A DNA stretch of 64,000 nucleotides, taken from the NCBI GenBank assembly GCA_963775805.1, contig CAVZKG010000005.1, positions 337,234 through 401,233 on the forward strand. Reading direction: 5' to 3'. Positions 52,374 through 61,973 of the stretch are shown here, piece by piece (within the stretch, counting starts at the first letter, position 1; each line of letters opens with the position of its first letter). The notes beneath the pieces were generated by a model, which did no database searches, was not told the origin of the DNA, and was given only the letters and a program-made list of their open reading frames with translations. The DNA comes from an uncultured Verrucomicrobiae bacterium (GTDB taxonomy: Bacteria > Verrucomicrobiota > Verrucomicrobiia > Chthoniobacterales > JAFAMB01). A program made the translations under genes and the position numbers.

Positions 52374-52437
52374 GGGTTGCGGCTTTTGTGCCGGACGGAG
52401 GAAGGTTACGAGGAGGCTGCCTCGAAGCCTAGAACTG

Positions 52438-52497
52438 GACAGGCAAGATGCCTATCCTACACTGGCATCGTTGTAGGATAGGCATCTTGCCTGTCCA
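52438..52497. repeat. Perfect 25-bp inverted repeat (GGACAGGCAAGATGCCTATCCTACA) with 10-nt loop
   Basis: The arms at 52438-52462 and 52473-52497 are exact reverse complements, with one further T:A pair outside. Lies between convergent genes. Confidence 0.9.
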
Positions 52498-52557
52498 ATA
52501 TCGACGTCACACGCACCCTGATTCTGGCCTCAGATCTCCGAACCCCGAACTCGAAAC

Positions 52558-53181
52558 TCAATTAGGCCAATACCCAAATGGCCCGGGAACCACGACGCGC
52601 CCACGATAGTAACCCGGATCGTTATAGAACCGATCGTAGTACCACCGATTGCCATCGCGCTCGTTCTCCCGGTTGTCGGCTTGGTACTGCCGAGTTCGCG
52701 GGATTGAGCCGAATACGGTGACCGGTGCGCCGACATGGAGCGCGTTGAAGAACGCGATCGCTTTCTGCCCTGGCATCCGGACGCAGCCATGCGAGGCCGG
52801 GTAACCGGGCAGGTATCCGGCGTGGAGCCCGATTCCGGGTGCGAATTGCATAAAATATCGCATGGGCGCGTTGACGAACTTCATGCCGGCCGGCGTAGGC
52901 ATGTCGACGTCGGCATCAGCAACGACTGTCCGATTTCGATTGTCCACAATCCGTCCGTAAATACTTGAAACATGATTTAGGTCTTTGTTTGTAATACGAA
53001 ATGTCCCGGTCGGTGTGAGGTGGCCGGGGCGGCCGGAGCTGATTTGGGATTCCATGACCGCGCGATCGTTATACAGCAGATAAGCCTTTTGTTCCGTTAA
53101 ATCGAGCTGCACAGAATATTGAGCGGTCGCTATTCGCGAAAGGCAACCAAAGGTCAAAAACACCAATGCAAAAAGTTTCAT
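52558..53181 (-). CDS. L,D-transpeptidase (YkuD domain)
   Basis: Signal peptide MKLFALVFLTFGCLSRIATAQ from the ATG at 53181. Catalytic block GIGLHAGYLPGYPASHGCVRM. The longer 53493 ORF is antisense to pdxH. Confidence 0.85.
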   Translation of the reverse strand: MKLFALVFLTFGCLSRIATAQYSVQLDLTEQKAYLLYNDRAVMESQISSGRPGHLTPTGTFRITNKDLNHVSSIYGRIVDNRNRTVVADADVDMPTPAGMKFVNAPMRYFMQFAPGIGLHAGYLPGYPASHGCVRMPGQKAIAFFNALHVGAPVTVFGSIPRTRQYQADNRENERDGNRWYYDRFYNDPGYYRGRVVVPGPFGYWPN

Positions 53182-53319
53182 GTCGGCAACCGAACCCAAA
53201 ATCATTCGACGCAATCGATCACGGCGAGGCATCTCACGGCGAGACTGGAGTCGATTGAATGGTTTCGTAACGAGTTTGACGCTCGACAAGGCGATGAATT
53301 CGGAAAAAATTCCCGAACC

Positions 53320-53976
53320 ATGGATCCGGTCTTTGATGTCGAGAAGTTGCGGAAGGAATACACATTGTCCGGACTCCACCGAAAGGATCTCTCTGCAGAT
53401 CCTTTTGAGCAGTTCAAAAATTGGTTTGAAGAATCCGTTCGGACTGCCGGCGAAAGGGAACCGAATGCGATGACTCTGGCAACAGCTTCGCAAACGGGCG
53501 TGCCCTCCATTCGGGTGGTACTACTCAAAGGATTCGACCGGGATGGAGTCGTCTTCTACACCAACTACGAGAGCCGCAAGGCGCAACAACTCGCTGAAAA
53601 CCCAAACGCTGCCCTCAATTTCCATTGGCCCTGGTTGGAACGCCAGATCCAGGTCGAGGGTATCGTTCAAAAGACCAGTCGGGCGGAATCCGAGGCGTAC
53701 TTCGCCAAGCGTCCTATTGGGAGCCGCCTCGGCGCAATCGCTTCCGAACGCCAAAGTGCTCCGATCGGGAATCGGCAGGTTCTAGAGGAGAAGCTTTCCG
53801 AGCTGAAGACGCAATACCAGAGCAGCGCACCTCCGTTACCAGATTTCTGGGGAGGGTATCGGCTTCTCCCTCGGCGATTCGAGTTCTGGCAGGGGAGAGA
53901 AAATCGCCTTCATGATCGGTTTCTTTATTTGCCGACCGGGAACGGGTCGTGGAGTATTGACCGCCTCGCGCCTTGA
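53320..53976 (+). CDS. pdxH: Pyridoxamine 5'-phosphate oxidase
   Basis: About 218 aa from the ATG at 53320. PFEQFKNWFEE, RVVLLKGFDRDGVVFYTNYESRK, FEFWQGRENRLHDR. Confidence 0.9.
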   Translation: MDPVFDVEKLRKEYTLSGLHRKDLSADPFEQFKNWFEESVRTAGEREPNAMTLATASQTGVPSIRVVLLKGFDRDGVVFYTNYESRKAQQLAENPNAALNFHWPWLERQIQVEGIVQKTSRAESEAYFAKRPIGSRLGAIASERQSAPIGNRQVLEEKLSELKTQYQSSAPPLPDFWGGYRLLPRRFEFWQGRENRLHDRFLYLPTGNGSWSIDRLAP

Positions 53977-54860
53977 TGTCTGTTTTTGCGAATCTTGTGG
54001 AACCGAAGCGGAAAGTATCCCGTCTCCAGTCTGTCCCAGCGCCCGATTTTGATCTCGAAAAGACGCTGAATTCCGGACAGGTGTTCCATTGGACCAAGTC
54101 GGCCGGAGGTTTCGTCGGAGCCATTGATCGGGTGCCCGTTTACGTCGAACAGGATGGAAATTCGATCATGGTCCCGGACGAACATGCCGCGCTGATCGCT
54201 CACTATTTCTCTTTGGACCATCCGATGTTGGAGATCTTGGAAACGTTTCCGGCGGACCCCGTGATGCGCGTAGCGGCAGTCTACTGTCGCGGGTTACGAA
54301 TCATCCGGCAACCTCAGTGGGAGTGTCTTGCGACCTTCCTGACTTCCGCTCTCAAACAGGTCCAGCATATCCGGGCCATATCGCTCTCCGTCCGCAGAAA
54401 TTTTGGTTGCCGGCTTGCAGGAGAGGGGCAGGAAATATTCAGCTACCCCACCGCCGAGCAGGTTGCCGATATTCCATTGGCGCGACTGCTCGATTGCAAG
54501 CTCGGGTTTCGCGCGGCTAACTTGATTGCAACCGCCGGCATTGTCGCCTCCGGCGCTGTCGACCTCCGTATGCTGCAAAATCTATCCACCGACGAGGCTC
54601 GCACTGCTTTGTGCAGCCTGCCGGGCGTTGGAGAAAAAATCGCGAACTGCGTCCTGCTTTTCGCATACGGACGATTAGATGCCGTGCCGATCGATGTCTG
54701 GATCTCGCGCATCATGAGCGAGGTCTATTTTGCAGGCCGTCCAAAAGTTTCGATGCGTGAAATGAAGTCCTTCGCGGCGGATTACTTCGGCCCATATGCG
54801 GGCTATGCGCAACAATACCTATTTCACCACTGGCGACTCACCTACCGAAAAAGGCAATGA
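53973..54860 (+). CDS. 8-oxoguanine DNA glycosylase / HhH-GPD N-glycosylase-lyase
   Basis: LNSGQVFHW (OGG N-domain). HhH-GPD: LCSLPGVGEKIANCVLLFAYGRLDAVPIDVW. 4-nt overlaps with both neighbouring genes. Confidence 0.8.
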   Translation: MMSVFANLVEPKRKVSRLQSVPAPDFDLEKTLNSGQVFHWTKSAGGFVGAIDRVPVYVEQDGNSIMVPDEHAALIAHYFSLDHPMLEILETFPADPVMRVAAVYCRGLRIIRQPQWECLATFLTSALKQVQHIRAISLSVRRNFGCRLAGEGQEIFSYPTAEQVADIPLARLLDCKLGFRAANLIATAGIVASGAVDLRMLQNLSTDEARTALCSLPGVGEKIANCVLLFAYGRLDAVPIDVWISRIMSEVYFAGRPKVSMREMKSFAADYFGPYAGYAQQYLFHHWRLTYRKRQ

Positions 54861-55570
54861 TTCAAGTAGCTCTTTGTCCAAGCGAAATTCGCAGAATCTC
54901 GGCGACCGACTTGACCGATACGACTGCTGTTGTGTTCGACGTTCTACGCGCAACCTCATCCATCATTACCGGACTCGATTCCGGCGTTGATTCGATCATT
55001 CCAGTCGGAGGCCTGGAGCAGGCGCGCGTCTTGAAAACAAAAAATCCGAGCCTCTTGCTGGCCGGGGAACGAGGAGGGTTGCCACCGAAAGGATTCGATT
55101 TGGGCAATTCGCCCGAGGAATTCCAAAAAGCAAAAGGGCGGACGGTGGTGATGACCACAACCAATGGAACCGTTGCAATCGAAAGTGTGAAATCAGCTCG
55201 GAGCGTTCTGATTGGCGCTTTGTTGAACATCGATGCACTGGCGAATTATCTTTTCACCCATCATCCCAACAACCTGTTACTAGTCTGTGCCGGGACCGAA
55301 GAAGAGTTCAGCCTGGAAGATGCCATCGCAGCCGGCGCGTTAGTGGCTCGACTTTCTGGCGACGAAGGACTCACCGACTCTGCCATGATCACACGGAGCC
55401 TTTACGAACAGGTTGGCGATGATTTCTACGAATGGCTCCGGCATACTCAGAACGGCAGCCGTTTGCGGAAGATTGGCAAAGACGCGGATATCCGGTGGTG
55501 TTCCCAATTTTCCGTCGTGGACCTCGTTGGCCAGTTAATCGAGGGAAAGATCGTTCCTTCAGTGGCTTGA
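54857..55570 (+). CDS. comB: 2-phosphosulfolactate phosphatase family protein
   Basis: VVFDVLRATSSIITGL, TTTNGT and a length of about 237 aa fit the ComB family. Confidence 0.7.
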   Translation: MIQVALCPSEIRRISATDLTDTTAVVFDVLRATSSIITGLDSGVDSIIPVGGLEQARVLKTKNPSLLLAGERGGLPPKGFDLGNSPEEFQKAKGRTVVMTTTNGTVAIESVKSARSVLIGALLNIDALANYLFTHHPNNLLLVCAGTEEEFSLEDAIAAGALVARLSGDEGLTDSAMITRSLYEQVGDDFYEWLRHTQNGSRLRKIGKDADIRWCSQFSVVDLVGQLIEGKIVPSVA

Positions 55571-55712
55571 TTAATCGGATCGGCGCCTTTGCGAGGCCCT
55601 GATCCGCATTTTCACGCCTCGTAAGAAATTCAGGCTGATTTCCTGCCAATTAATTGTTTTTCTAATCACTTGAGCTGTTTGGATAGCAGAACTACTCTAC
55701 GCCGGTCTGTCG

Positions 55713-56771
55713 ATGTCGGATCGGAAAAAGATCATCTATGCGATCGTTGGGTCGCTCATTCTGCACGTAATAATCATCCTCGGGGTGGGCAAGGTGATCG
55801 CACTCTGGCCGGATGTGTCTGCCCCGGTGCAAAAACCGGATGAAACACCCCCGGAATTAACGGTTCTGGACGAGCCTCCTCCGGACGAGCCGAAATCACA
55901 ACAGCGCCAGTATCTCCGCACAAACGATGATCAAAAGACGGACAAGGCACCGGATAACGCTGCCTTCGAGTCCGATAAGGACACAGCCGCCGCCAGTGAA
56001 AAGCCCGCGACAGGGACTCAACCGGTGCCGACGCAAGAGGGGAAAGAATTGCCGGATATCGGCTTTAAGAATGAAGATTCGTCCTTAGCACAAAAGGGAC
56101 CGACGTTCGCGCATGATCCCGGTGATGCACCGGATCTTGTTCAAGCGCAACCGAAGGACCAAAAGGAAGAAACTTCCGAGCAGCAGGAGACTCCGACACC
56201 GGCGCCAACTCCGCCTCCGACGCCAACCCCAACTCCCACGCCGCCACCAACTCCGACTCCAACCCCGGAGATGGTTCCTTCTGACGATCAGTTGGCGATG
56301 CTGCGCGAGGAACCAACTCCGATGCCGACACCCGTACCTGCACCGGTGCGCAAACAGCAGACAGGTCCCCAGCGTCCCCGCGCTCCAATCACAGCTTATC
56401 GACCTGAACAACGGGTCACCCGAATGCAGGGCAATATCGATAGTCGTGGACGGGCCTCGATTGCCGCTGTCGGGACGCCTCAGGGGAGATTCGAGAAAGC
56501 CGTGTCGGATGCCGTCGGTTCGCGATGGTATTATTATGTGCGAGAACGGAGCGACGTGATCAGCGTCGGTACGGTCCAAATCAAATTTTATATCCTGCCT
56601 GACGGAAGAGTGGAGGATGTCAGGGTGATCAGAAATTCGTCCAATGAAGGCTTGGCCTCCGCATCATTGCAGTCGATTCTCGACGCGGAAATACCGCCAA
56701 TGCCAGAGGAGTTGTCTTCGGTAAGCCCAGACGGTCGGATGGAATTTACAATGTCGTTTACTTCATATTAG
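55713..56771 (+). CDS. TonB-like energy transducer (N-terminal TM anchor, Pro/Thr-rich spacer, TonB_C-like domain)
   Basis: TM anchor IIYAIVGSLILHVIIILGVG. TPTPAPTPPPTPTPTPTPPPTPTPTP spacer. C-terminal GTVQIKFYILPDGRVEDVRVIRNS. Followed by exbB-exbD. Confidence 0.7.
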   Translation: MSDRKKIIYAIVGSLILHVIIILGVGKVIALWPDVSAPVQKPDETPPELTVLDEPPPDEPKSQQRQYLRTNDDQKTDKAPDNAAFESDKDTAAASEKPATGTQPVPTQEGKELPDIGFKNEDSSLAQKGPTFAHDPGDAPDLVQAQPKDQKEETSEQQETPTPAPTPPPTPTPTPTPPPTPTPTPEMVPSDDQLAMLREEPTPMPTPVPAPVRKQQTGPQRPRAPITAYRPEQRVTRMQGNIDSRGRASIAAVGTPQGRFEKAVSDAVGSRWYYYVRERSDVISVGTVQIKFYILPDGRVEDVRVIRNSSNEGLASASLQSILDAEIPPMPEELSSVSPDGRMEFTMSFTSY

Positions 56772-56773
56772 CC

Positions 56774-57466
56774 ATGTTTCACTTAGCTCTGTTCGATAAC
56801 ACGTTGGATTTTTTTGTTAAGGGCGGCATTTTTATGGGCGTCCTGCTGGCGTGTTCGTTTGTCGCGTTAATCGTGATTCTCCTTCGCCTGATTGCCTTGC
56901 GCCGCGCAGCCGTGATTCCGACGTTAATCGAAAAAGAGATCAACAAGATCAAACCAGGGGATGAGCCGGAGCACCTTCGACATTTGATTCAGGACGATGA
57001 GTCGCCTCTGTCGCGGATTGTCGAAGTCGCCGTTCGTCCGTACAACGCCACGAAACAGGAGACACTCGAAATCGTCCAATCACGGGCGCGGCAAGAGATC
57101 GTTCGTCTCGAGAGCGGGTTGTTCATTCTCGAGATTGTCGTCGGTATTGCCCCCTTGCTGGGTCTGCTCGGCGCGGTGAGCGGTTTGGTCAGGGTCTTCG
57201 GCAACATCGGTTCGGGAGCCGTATCCACAGCGGATCTAAAGGCAATCGCTTCCGGTATCGGTGAAGCATTCAGTACAACGATTGTGGGCTTGGCGATCGC
57301 GATTCCGGCCCTCGTCGCGTACAGCTATTTTTCCAGGCGTGTCGAACGCCTCGCAGTCGAAATGGAATCGCTCATGATCGATCTTGTGGAGAAGATTTTT
57401 CATGGGAGCCGTGCAGCTGAGACGTTCACTCCCGAGTCCAATACGCTAGAGGGCGCTGCCCGATGA
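56774..57466 (+). CDS. exbB: MotA/TolQ/ExbB proton-channel protein
   Basis: Three TM helices. GIAPLLGLLGAVSGLV and IGEAFSTTIVGLAIAIPALVAY. Confidence 0.85.
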   Translation: MFHLALFDNTLDFFVKGGIFMGVLLACSFVALIVILLRLIALRRAAVIPTLIEKEINKIKPGDEPEHLRHLIQDDESPLSRIVEVAVRPYNATKQETLEIVQSRARQEIVRLESGLFILEIVVGIAPLLGLLGAVSGLVRVFGNIGSGAVSTADLKAIASGIGEAFSTTIVGLAIAIPALVAYSYFSRRVERLAVEMESLMIDLVEKIFHGSRAAETFTPESNTLEGAAR

Positions 57467-57882
57467 GATTTTACGTCAAACGAAAGCGCACCCCGCAGAT
57501 CATCATCGTTTCGTTGATCGACATTTTTGCGATGCTTCTGATCTTTTTTATCGTTACCACAACGTTCAAAACCGCCCAGTCAGAGCTCGCGATCAAAATT
57601 CCAGAATCCAAGACTGCCACGCAAGCCGCTAATCCGACCGATCCGGTTGTGCTTGCAATCACCGCCGATGAGAAAATCGTGTTGGATACGCGACCTTTGA
57701 ATAGCGTGGACGACCTTTCCGCTGCATTGGAGGATGTGCAGAAGAAGTTCCCAGACCGGCCGTTGGCTATGAAGGCCGACCAAAAAGTCTCATTCGGGTT
57801 TCTAGTTCAGGTGCTTGACGCACTGAAAAAAGCGGGGATTAAGAATCTCCCGACATTCACTAAAACGCCCGACCAGAAATGA
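57463..57882 (+). CDS. exbD: Biopolymer transport protein ExbD/TolR
   Basis: 139 aa. Single N-terminal TM (IIVSLIDIFAMLLIFFIV) and a periplasmic domain. 4-nt overlaps on both sides. Confidence 0.85.
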   Translation: MRFYVKRKRTPQIIIVSLIDIFAMLLIFFIVTTTFKTAQSELAIKIPESKTATQAANPTDPVVLAITADEKIVLDTRPLNSVDDLSAALEDVQKKFPDRPLAMKADQKVSFGFLVQVLDALKKAGIKNLPTFTKTPDQK

Positions 57883-58433
57883 TTCTAGATATCGTCAAAT
57901 ACGGAAATCCTGTGCTTCGGACAAAAGGGAAAAAGATCGAAAAGATCGACGATGAAATCCGTACGCTGGCTGCGGATATGCTTGAGACGATGTACGACGC
58001 GAGTGGTGTGGGACTTGCCGCGCAGCAAATCGGTCGGTCGCTTCGACTGACAGTGATCGACGTCAGCGATGCTGAAAATCGCCCGAGCCAAATGTGGATC
58101 GGTGGAGAAGAAGTCGATCCAAAGGAGCACATGCCGTTGGTATTGATTAATCCGGAGTTGCAGCTTGGAGACGAGCAGGTGCTCGGGAATGAAGGATGTC
58201 TCAGCTTCCCGGAGATAACGGCCGAGATTTCTCGAGGTGCCAAAGTAAAGGTCAAAGCACTTGACCTGCAGGGGCATCCGATCGAATTCGAAGCCGCGGG
58301 ACTCTTGGGGCGTGCAGTACAGCATGAAACCGACCATCTAAACGGAATCCTGTTCATCGATCGAATGTCATCAGCGACCAAAGTTTCGTTAGCTGGCAAA
58401 TTGAAACGAATGGCCGCCGAATCCAAATCGTGA
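57879..58433 (+). CDS. def: Peptide deformylase
   Basis: GVGLAAQQIG, EGCLSFP, HETDHLNG (the three PDF motifs). Confidence 0.95.
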   Translation: MILDIVKYGNPVLRTKGKKIEKIDDEIRTLAADMLETMYDASGVGLAAQQIGRSLRLTVIDVSDAENRPSQMWIGGEEVDPKEHMPLVLINPELQLGDEQVLGNEGCLSFPEITAEISRGAKVKVKALDLQGHPIEFEAAGLLGRAVQHETDHLNGILFIDRMSSATKVSLAGKLKRMAAESKS

Positions 58434-58474
58434 TCGGGCGAGATATTGAGCGACGACGGAGGACGCAACCAAAT

Positions 58475-58511
58475 GGAGGCGGGGTCGGCGTGTGGGCGTA
58501 TCGGCGAATAC
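58475..58511 (-). repeat. Dispersed short repeat, copy B (inverted relative to copy A)
   Basis: The reverse complement GTATTCGCCGATACGCCCACACGCCGACCCCGCCTCC aligns with 23658..23702. Confidence 0.7.
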
Positions 58512-58633
58512 CGAGTTCGATTTGCGTGGACTTTGAGGTGCCTTGGAAGACCTGGTCTGTCGAAACAGACTGCGCGATTAACCTGTCGCACTGTGCGATG
58601 AATTGATTTTTTGGTAGGGATAACGTCTGAGAC

Positions 58634-60604
58634 ATGCCTGGCATGGATGATCGTTTTTGGCGGACTTTCCTAAGCTTTAGAACGCAACGAAAGCCAGATG
58701 CGGAGGCTGTTGCCCAATATTCGGATGCGTCTCCGAAATTCGGTTTGCAACAGAAATTCAGTTTGCAACAGATTACCGAACCGCCGCGGATTCTGGCCTC
58801 CCGTAAACTGGATGGCTCACGCGGCCTCTACAAGGGCACTCATCCGCAGCACCCGCAGGTCTCAAGAGCCTTGGTTTTTGGATTGGGAGTGTTGGTTTTC
58901 GTCTATCTCGTGACTTGCGCTGTCCCGAGATTGTTCGACCAGATCGATGGCCAGTACGCTGGTGCCGCCCGAGAAATGATCGCACGGAATGACTGGCTGA
59001 TTCCGACCCAGGACGGCGTCCCGAGATTGCAGAAACCTCCATTGGTCTATTGGTGCGAAATGATTTCGATGCAGGCGTTTGGAACCACAGAGTTTGGCGC
59101 CCGTTTTCCGGTGGCCCTGGCTACCATCGGCTGGTTCGTCGGAACGGGGTTGATTGCACGTCGAACGGTCGGCAGTTGGTCAGCGGGCGTCGCTGGAACC
59201 GTTACAGTGGCGATGTTCGCCTCCACTTTCTTCTTCACGCATCTTGTGATGCCGGAACCATTTTTATGTTTCTTTGTTGCCTTCGCGTTCTGGTCGTTCC
59301 TCATGGCGCTCGAGACAGGAGCGCTCCTGGAAGATCAGCGGGCAGCGGACCGGTGGCTTACAGCCGTCTGGTTGTTTCTCGCGCTTGGAACGCTCGCAAA
59401 AGGCGTTCATGGGCTGATCGTACCGGTCGTGGCGATATCGATTGCTGCTCTGCTGAGGCCATCGATCCGAACTGCGTGGCGCCGGCTTGTTTTGCGACCA
59501 CAGGGATGGATCCTTTTTTCTCTTCTCGTGTCGCCTTGGTACCTGATGGTCGAGACGCGTTATCCCGGGTTTATCAGGGATCATTTCTTAAATGAGCAAG
59601 TGGGATCGGCCCTCAGCCGGAGATGGCCGCCGGATAGCGACCATGTTCCCTTGCTGGCTTTCTGGGCAGAGCAGCTGGTCCTGCTTTTCCCGGTCACTCT
59701 GTTATTTCCGGCGGCGATCAGGGCAACGCTAATGCGACGGAAGGAACTCAGCCCCTGGATCAGCGACGCTGGTGTGATTCTTTCGGCTTGGTTTGTAGTC
59801 GTCGCCCTCGGAATCACCTTCTCCAATATTCAGGATTATTACCTGATGATCGCATGGGCGCCCGTCGCGGTCTGGATTGGTTGGGCGGTGACAAAGCGCT
59901 CGATCTCGTTCAGATACCCCGCAATCGTTGTGGCAATAGTCGGTCTCGCGGGATTTGCGGCAGCGATTGGCGTGGCGATATCCCACGGGAACGGCTCCAT
60001 CGGGGCACCCGAATCTGCCGTTCTGATCGACGACACCATCTTGAACGTGTTGCAAATCCTGCCGCAGGCTGTTTGGAAAGGGATTATCCCGTTGCTGTGG
60101 GAAGCCTCCGCGTTCGCTCTTGTCACCGGGATCGCGGTCTTTTTACTCGATCGAAAAGGAAAAACTGATCTTTGCTTTGCGGGTTTCGCACTTTTGATGG
60201 CTGCCTTCTTTGCGATTGGCACCCGTGGTATGGAGCTGGTCGAGGATCAGTTCTCTTCCGCAAGAATCGGCGAAGTGATCGGATCACGGGCAGAGCCAGA
60301 AACCAGGATCATCGCGCAGGGTGATCCAAACGAAAAGACATCTCTCTTTTTCTATGTTCATCAGCCGATTTATTGGGTCGATGGACATCTGAATATTGAG
60401 TTTGCGACGCGTTCCCTCGGCATCGGGCGATCGAATTTCCTCACGCGTGACGAGGTCGCTACTGCATGGAGAGGAGAGCGCCAAGTCTTTTTGATTATTG
60501 AAGAGGCGCGGGCAGGGGAGTGGGGCAGAAAACTCGGATTGACGCAAACGCAATCCAGCCCGATCGGCCACTGCGGTAGTCGCGTGATTCTCGCCAACAG
60601 GTAG
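58634..60604 (+). CDS. GT-C fold glycosyltransferase, family 39 (ArnT/PMT-like)
   Basis: DGQYAGAAREMIARNDWLIPTQDGVPRLQKPPLVYW. More than 10 TM helices and a C-terminal soluble domain. Confidence 0.8.
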   Translation: MPGMDDRFWRTFLSFRTQRKPDAEAVAQYSDASPKFGLQQKFSLQQITEPPRILASRKLDGSRGLYKGTHPQHPQVSRALVFGLGVLVFVYLVTCAVPRLFDQIDGQYAGAAREMIARNDWLIPTQDGVPRLQKPPLVYWCEMISMQAFGTTEFGARFPVALATIGWFVGTGLIARRTVGSWSAGVAGTVTVAMFASTFFFTHLVMPEPFLCFFVAFAFWSFLMALETGALLEDQRAADRWLTAVWLFLALGTLAKGVHGLIVPVVAISIAALLRPSIRTAWRRLVLRPQGWILFSLLVSPWYLMVETRYPGFIRDHFLNEQVGSALSRRWPPDSDHVPLLAFWAEQLVLLFPVTLLFPAAIRATLMRRKELSPWISDAGVILSAWFVVVALGITFSNIQDYYLMIAWAPVAVWIGWAVTKRSISFRYPAIVVAIVGLAGFAAAIGVAISHGNGSIGAPESAVLIDDTILNVLQILPQAVWKGIIPLLWEASAFALVTGIAVFLLDRKGKTDLCFAGFALLMAAFFAIGTRGMELVEDQFSSARIGEVIGSRAEPETRIIAQGDPNEKTSLFFYVHQPIYWVDGHLNIEFATRSLGIGRSNFLTRDEVATAWRGERQVFLIIEEARAGEWGRKLGLTQTQSSPIGHCGSRVILANR

Positions 60605-60624
60605 CGCAGTTCTTTAAATTTCAG

Positions 60625-61350
60625 ATGGGTAACACCTGGTTCGTTGAGCGAATATTTCTAGGGCTTTGCAAACGGATTGTTCGAGTGATCCTTTTCCCGG
60701 TCTGCCGGATTCGAATAGTCCACTTCTCAAGTCTCCCAAGCGAACCGGGGTACATCGTTGCGTGCAATCATATCAGCCATTTCGATCCTCCCATTTTGGG
60801 TGCCTGGCTGCCGCATTATTTGGATTGGATGACAATGGAGGAGTTATTTCAGAATCCCGTGAGTGCGTTCTTCGTCTCTTTGCTACGAGCCTTTAAGGTG
60901 CGCAGGAATGGATTGGATCGCATTGGAGTTCGCACTGCAGTGAACAGGTTGATGGAAGGTCGGACGGTCGGACTCTTTCCAGAAGGCGGCATCAGGGCTG
61001 GTAGCGTCTCGGTACTCGAAGGGGCGCCAATGTGGCCGGGCGCGGCCGCGCTCGGCGTTCTCTCTGGCAGACCGATCGTTCCGGCGGTGATCCTTGGCAG
61101 CGACCGATTGTACAATCCGAGTAATTGGATCCCGTTCCGTCGTGTCTCAGTCCGGATTGGGTTGGGAGAACAGATTATTCCGAGTCGCGATCTTGGACGA
61201 AAGCAAGCTCGTGAGACTGTTCATGAGTCTCTTTCGAAGGCGTTCGTCTCTTTAAAAGAACAGATGATATTAGAATTCAAGTTGGTTCCGGCTGATTTGC
61301 CAATGACACCGCAGGCGCGGAAACGCGAGGACTATCAGCCCGCTCGGTAA
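60625..61350 (+). CDS. plsC: 1-acyl-sn-glycerol-3-phosphate acyltransferase family
   Basis: HX4D motif NHISHFDP, FPEGG block, VPAVILG. Confidence 0.85.
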   Translation: MGNTWFVERIFLGLCKRIVRVILFPVCRIRIVHFSSLPSEPGYIVACNHISHFDPPILGAWLPHYLDWMTMEELFQNPVSAFFVSLLRAFKVRRNGLDRIGVRTAVNRLMEGRTVGLFPEGGIRAGSVSVLEGAPMWPGAAALGVLSGRPIVPAVILGSDRLYNPSNWIPFRRVSVRIGLGEQIIPSRDLGRKQARETVHESLSKAFVSLKEQMILEFKLVPADLPMTPQARKREDYQPAR

Positions 61351-61871
61351 TGCAAACTCACGGAGCGAAAGACGTCACTATCCCGTTCCGCTGAAAAGAA
61401 AAAGAGCTGGATACTGCATCCTTGGAATTGCCACTGGTATCCAACGACCGTCTGCATCACGTCGCCCTCAGGTTTTTTATCTTTCACCAGGACCGTCGCA
61501 GGTCCATATCGTGATTCGAGGGTTTGTTTAGCGCTATCGAGGAATTGTTCGTACGCCACCAGATCCCACTCGGGACGCTGGTATTGAAGCTCAACCTCTA
61601 CCAGGTCTTTCCCGGTGCCGAAGTAGACGATGGTCTGCTTCAGTGCAGGTTGAATCAAGCCCTGAATGGTCCACGAGTCCCGTCCCTGGACTACCGATTT
61701 ATCAACGATGGTCGCGCCTGCTCGCGAGAGAACTTTCGCGATCTCTTTCTCGGTTTGGCCCCAATAGAAACCGAATGGGGGAGCAATTTGTTGGGCGAAC
61801 GCGGTATGAATGTTGCCGAGACTTAGTAGTCCGATCACAAGCCATAAAACACGAGCGCCTATCGGCCACAT
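61335..61871 (-). CDS. Secreted hypothetical protein
   Basis: Signal peptide MWPIGARVLWLVIGLLSLGNIHTAFAQQ. No family recognised. 16-nt convergent overlap with plsC. Confidence 0.55.
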   Translation of the reverse strand: MWPIGARVLWLVIGLLSLGNIHTAFAQQIAPPFGFYWGQTEKEIAKVLSRAGATIVDKSVVQGRDSWTIQGLIQPALKQTIVYFGTGKDLVEVELQYQRPEWDLVAYEQFLDSAKQTLESRYGPATVLVKDKKPEGDVMQTVVGYQWQFQGCSIQLFFFSAERDSDVFRSVSLHYRAG

Positions 61872-61973
61872 ACATTGAAAATGCTGAAAGCCGGCATTCT
61901 ACAGCTACCCTGAACCTCCCACAAGTTTGCAAACGAGTGAGAAGTTCACGGCGCATCGAAGCGAGCCACGCAT

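Noticed and set aside
56190-56280. DNA-level repetitiveness inside the TonB-like gene.
   Set aside because: It encodes the Pro/Thr-rich periplasmic spacer typical of TonB proteins. This is low-complexity coding sequence, not a mobile or regulatory repeat.
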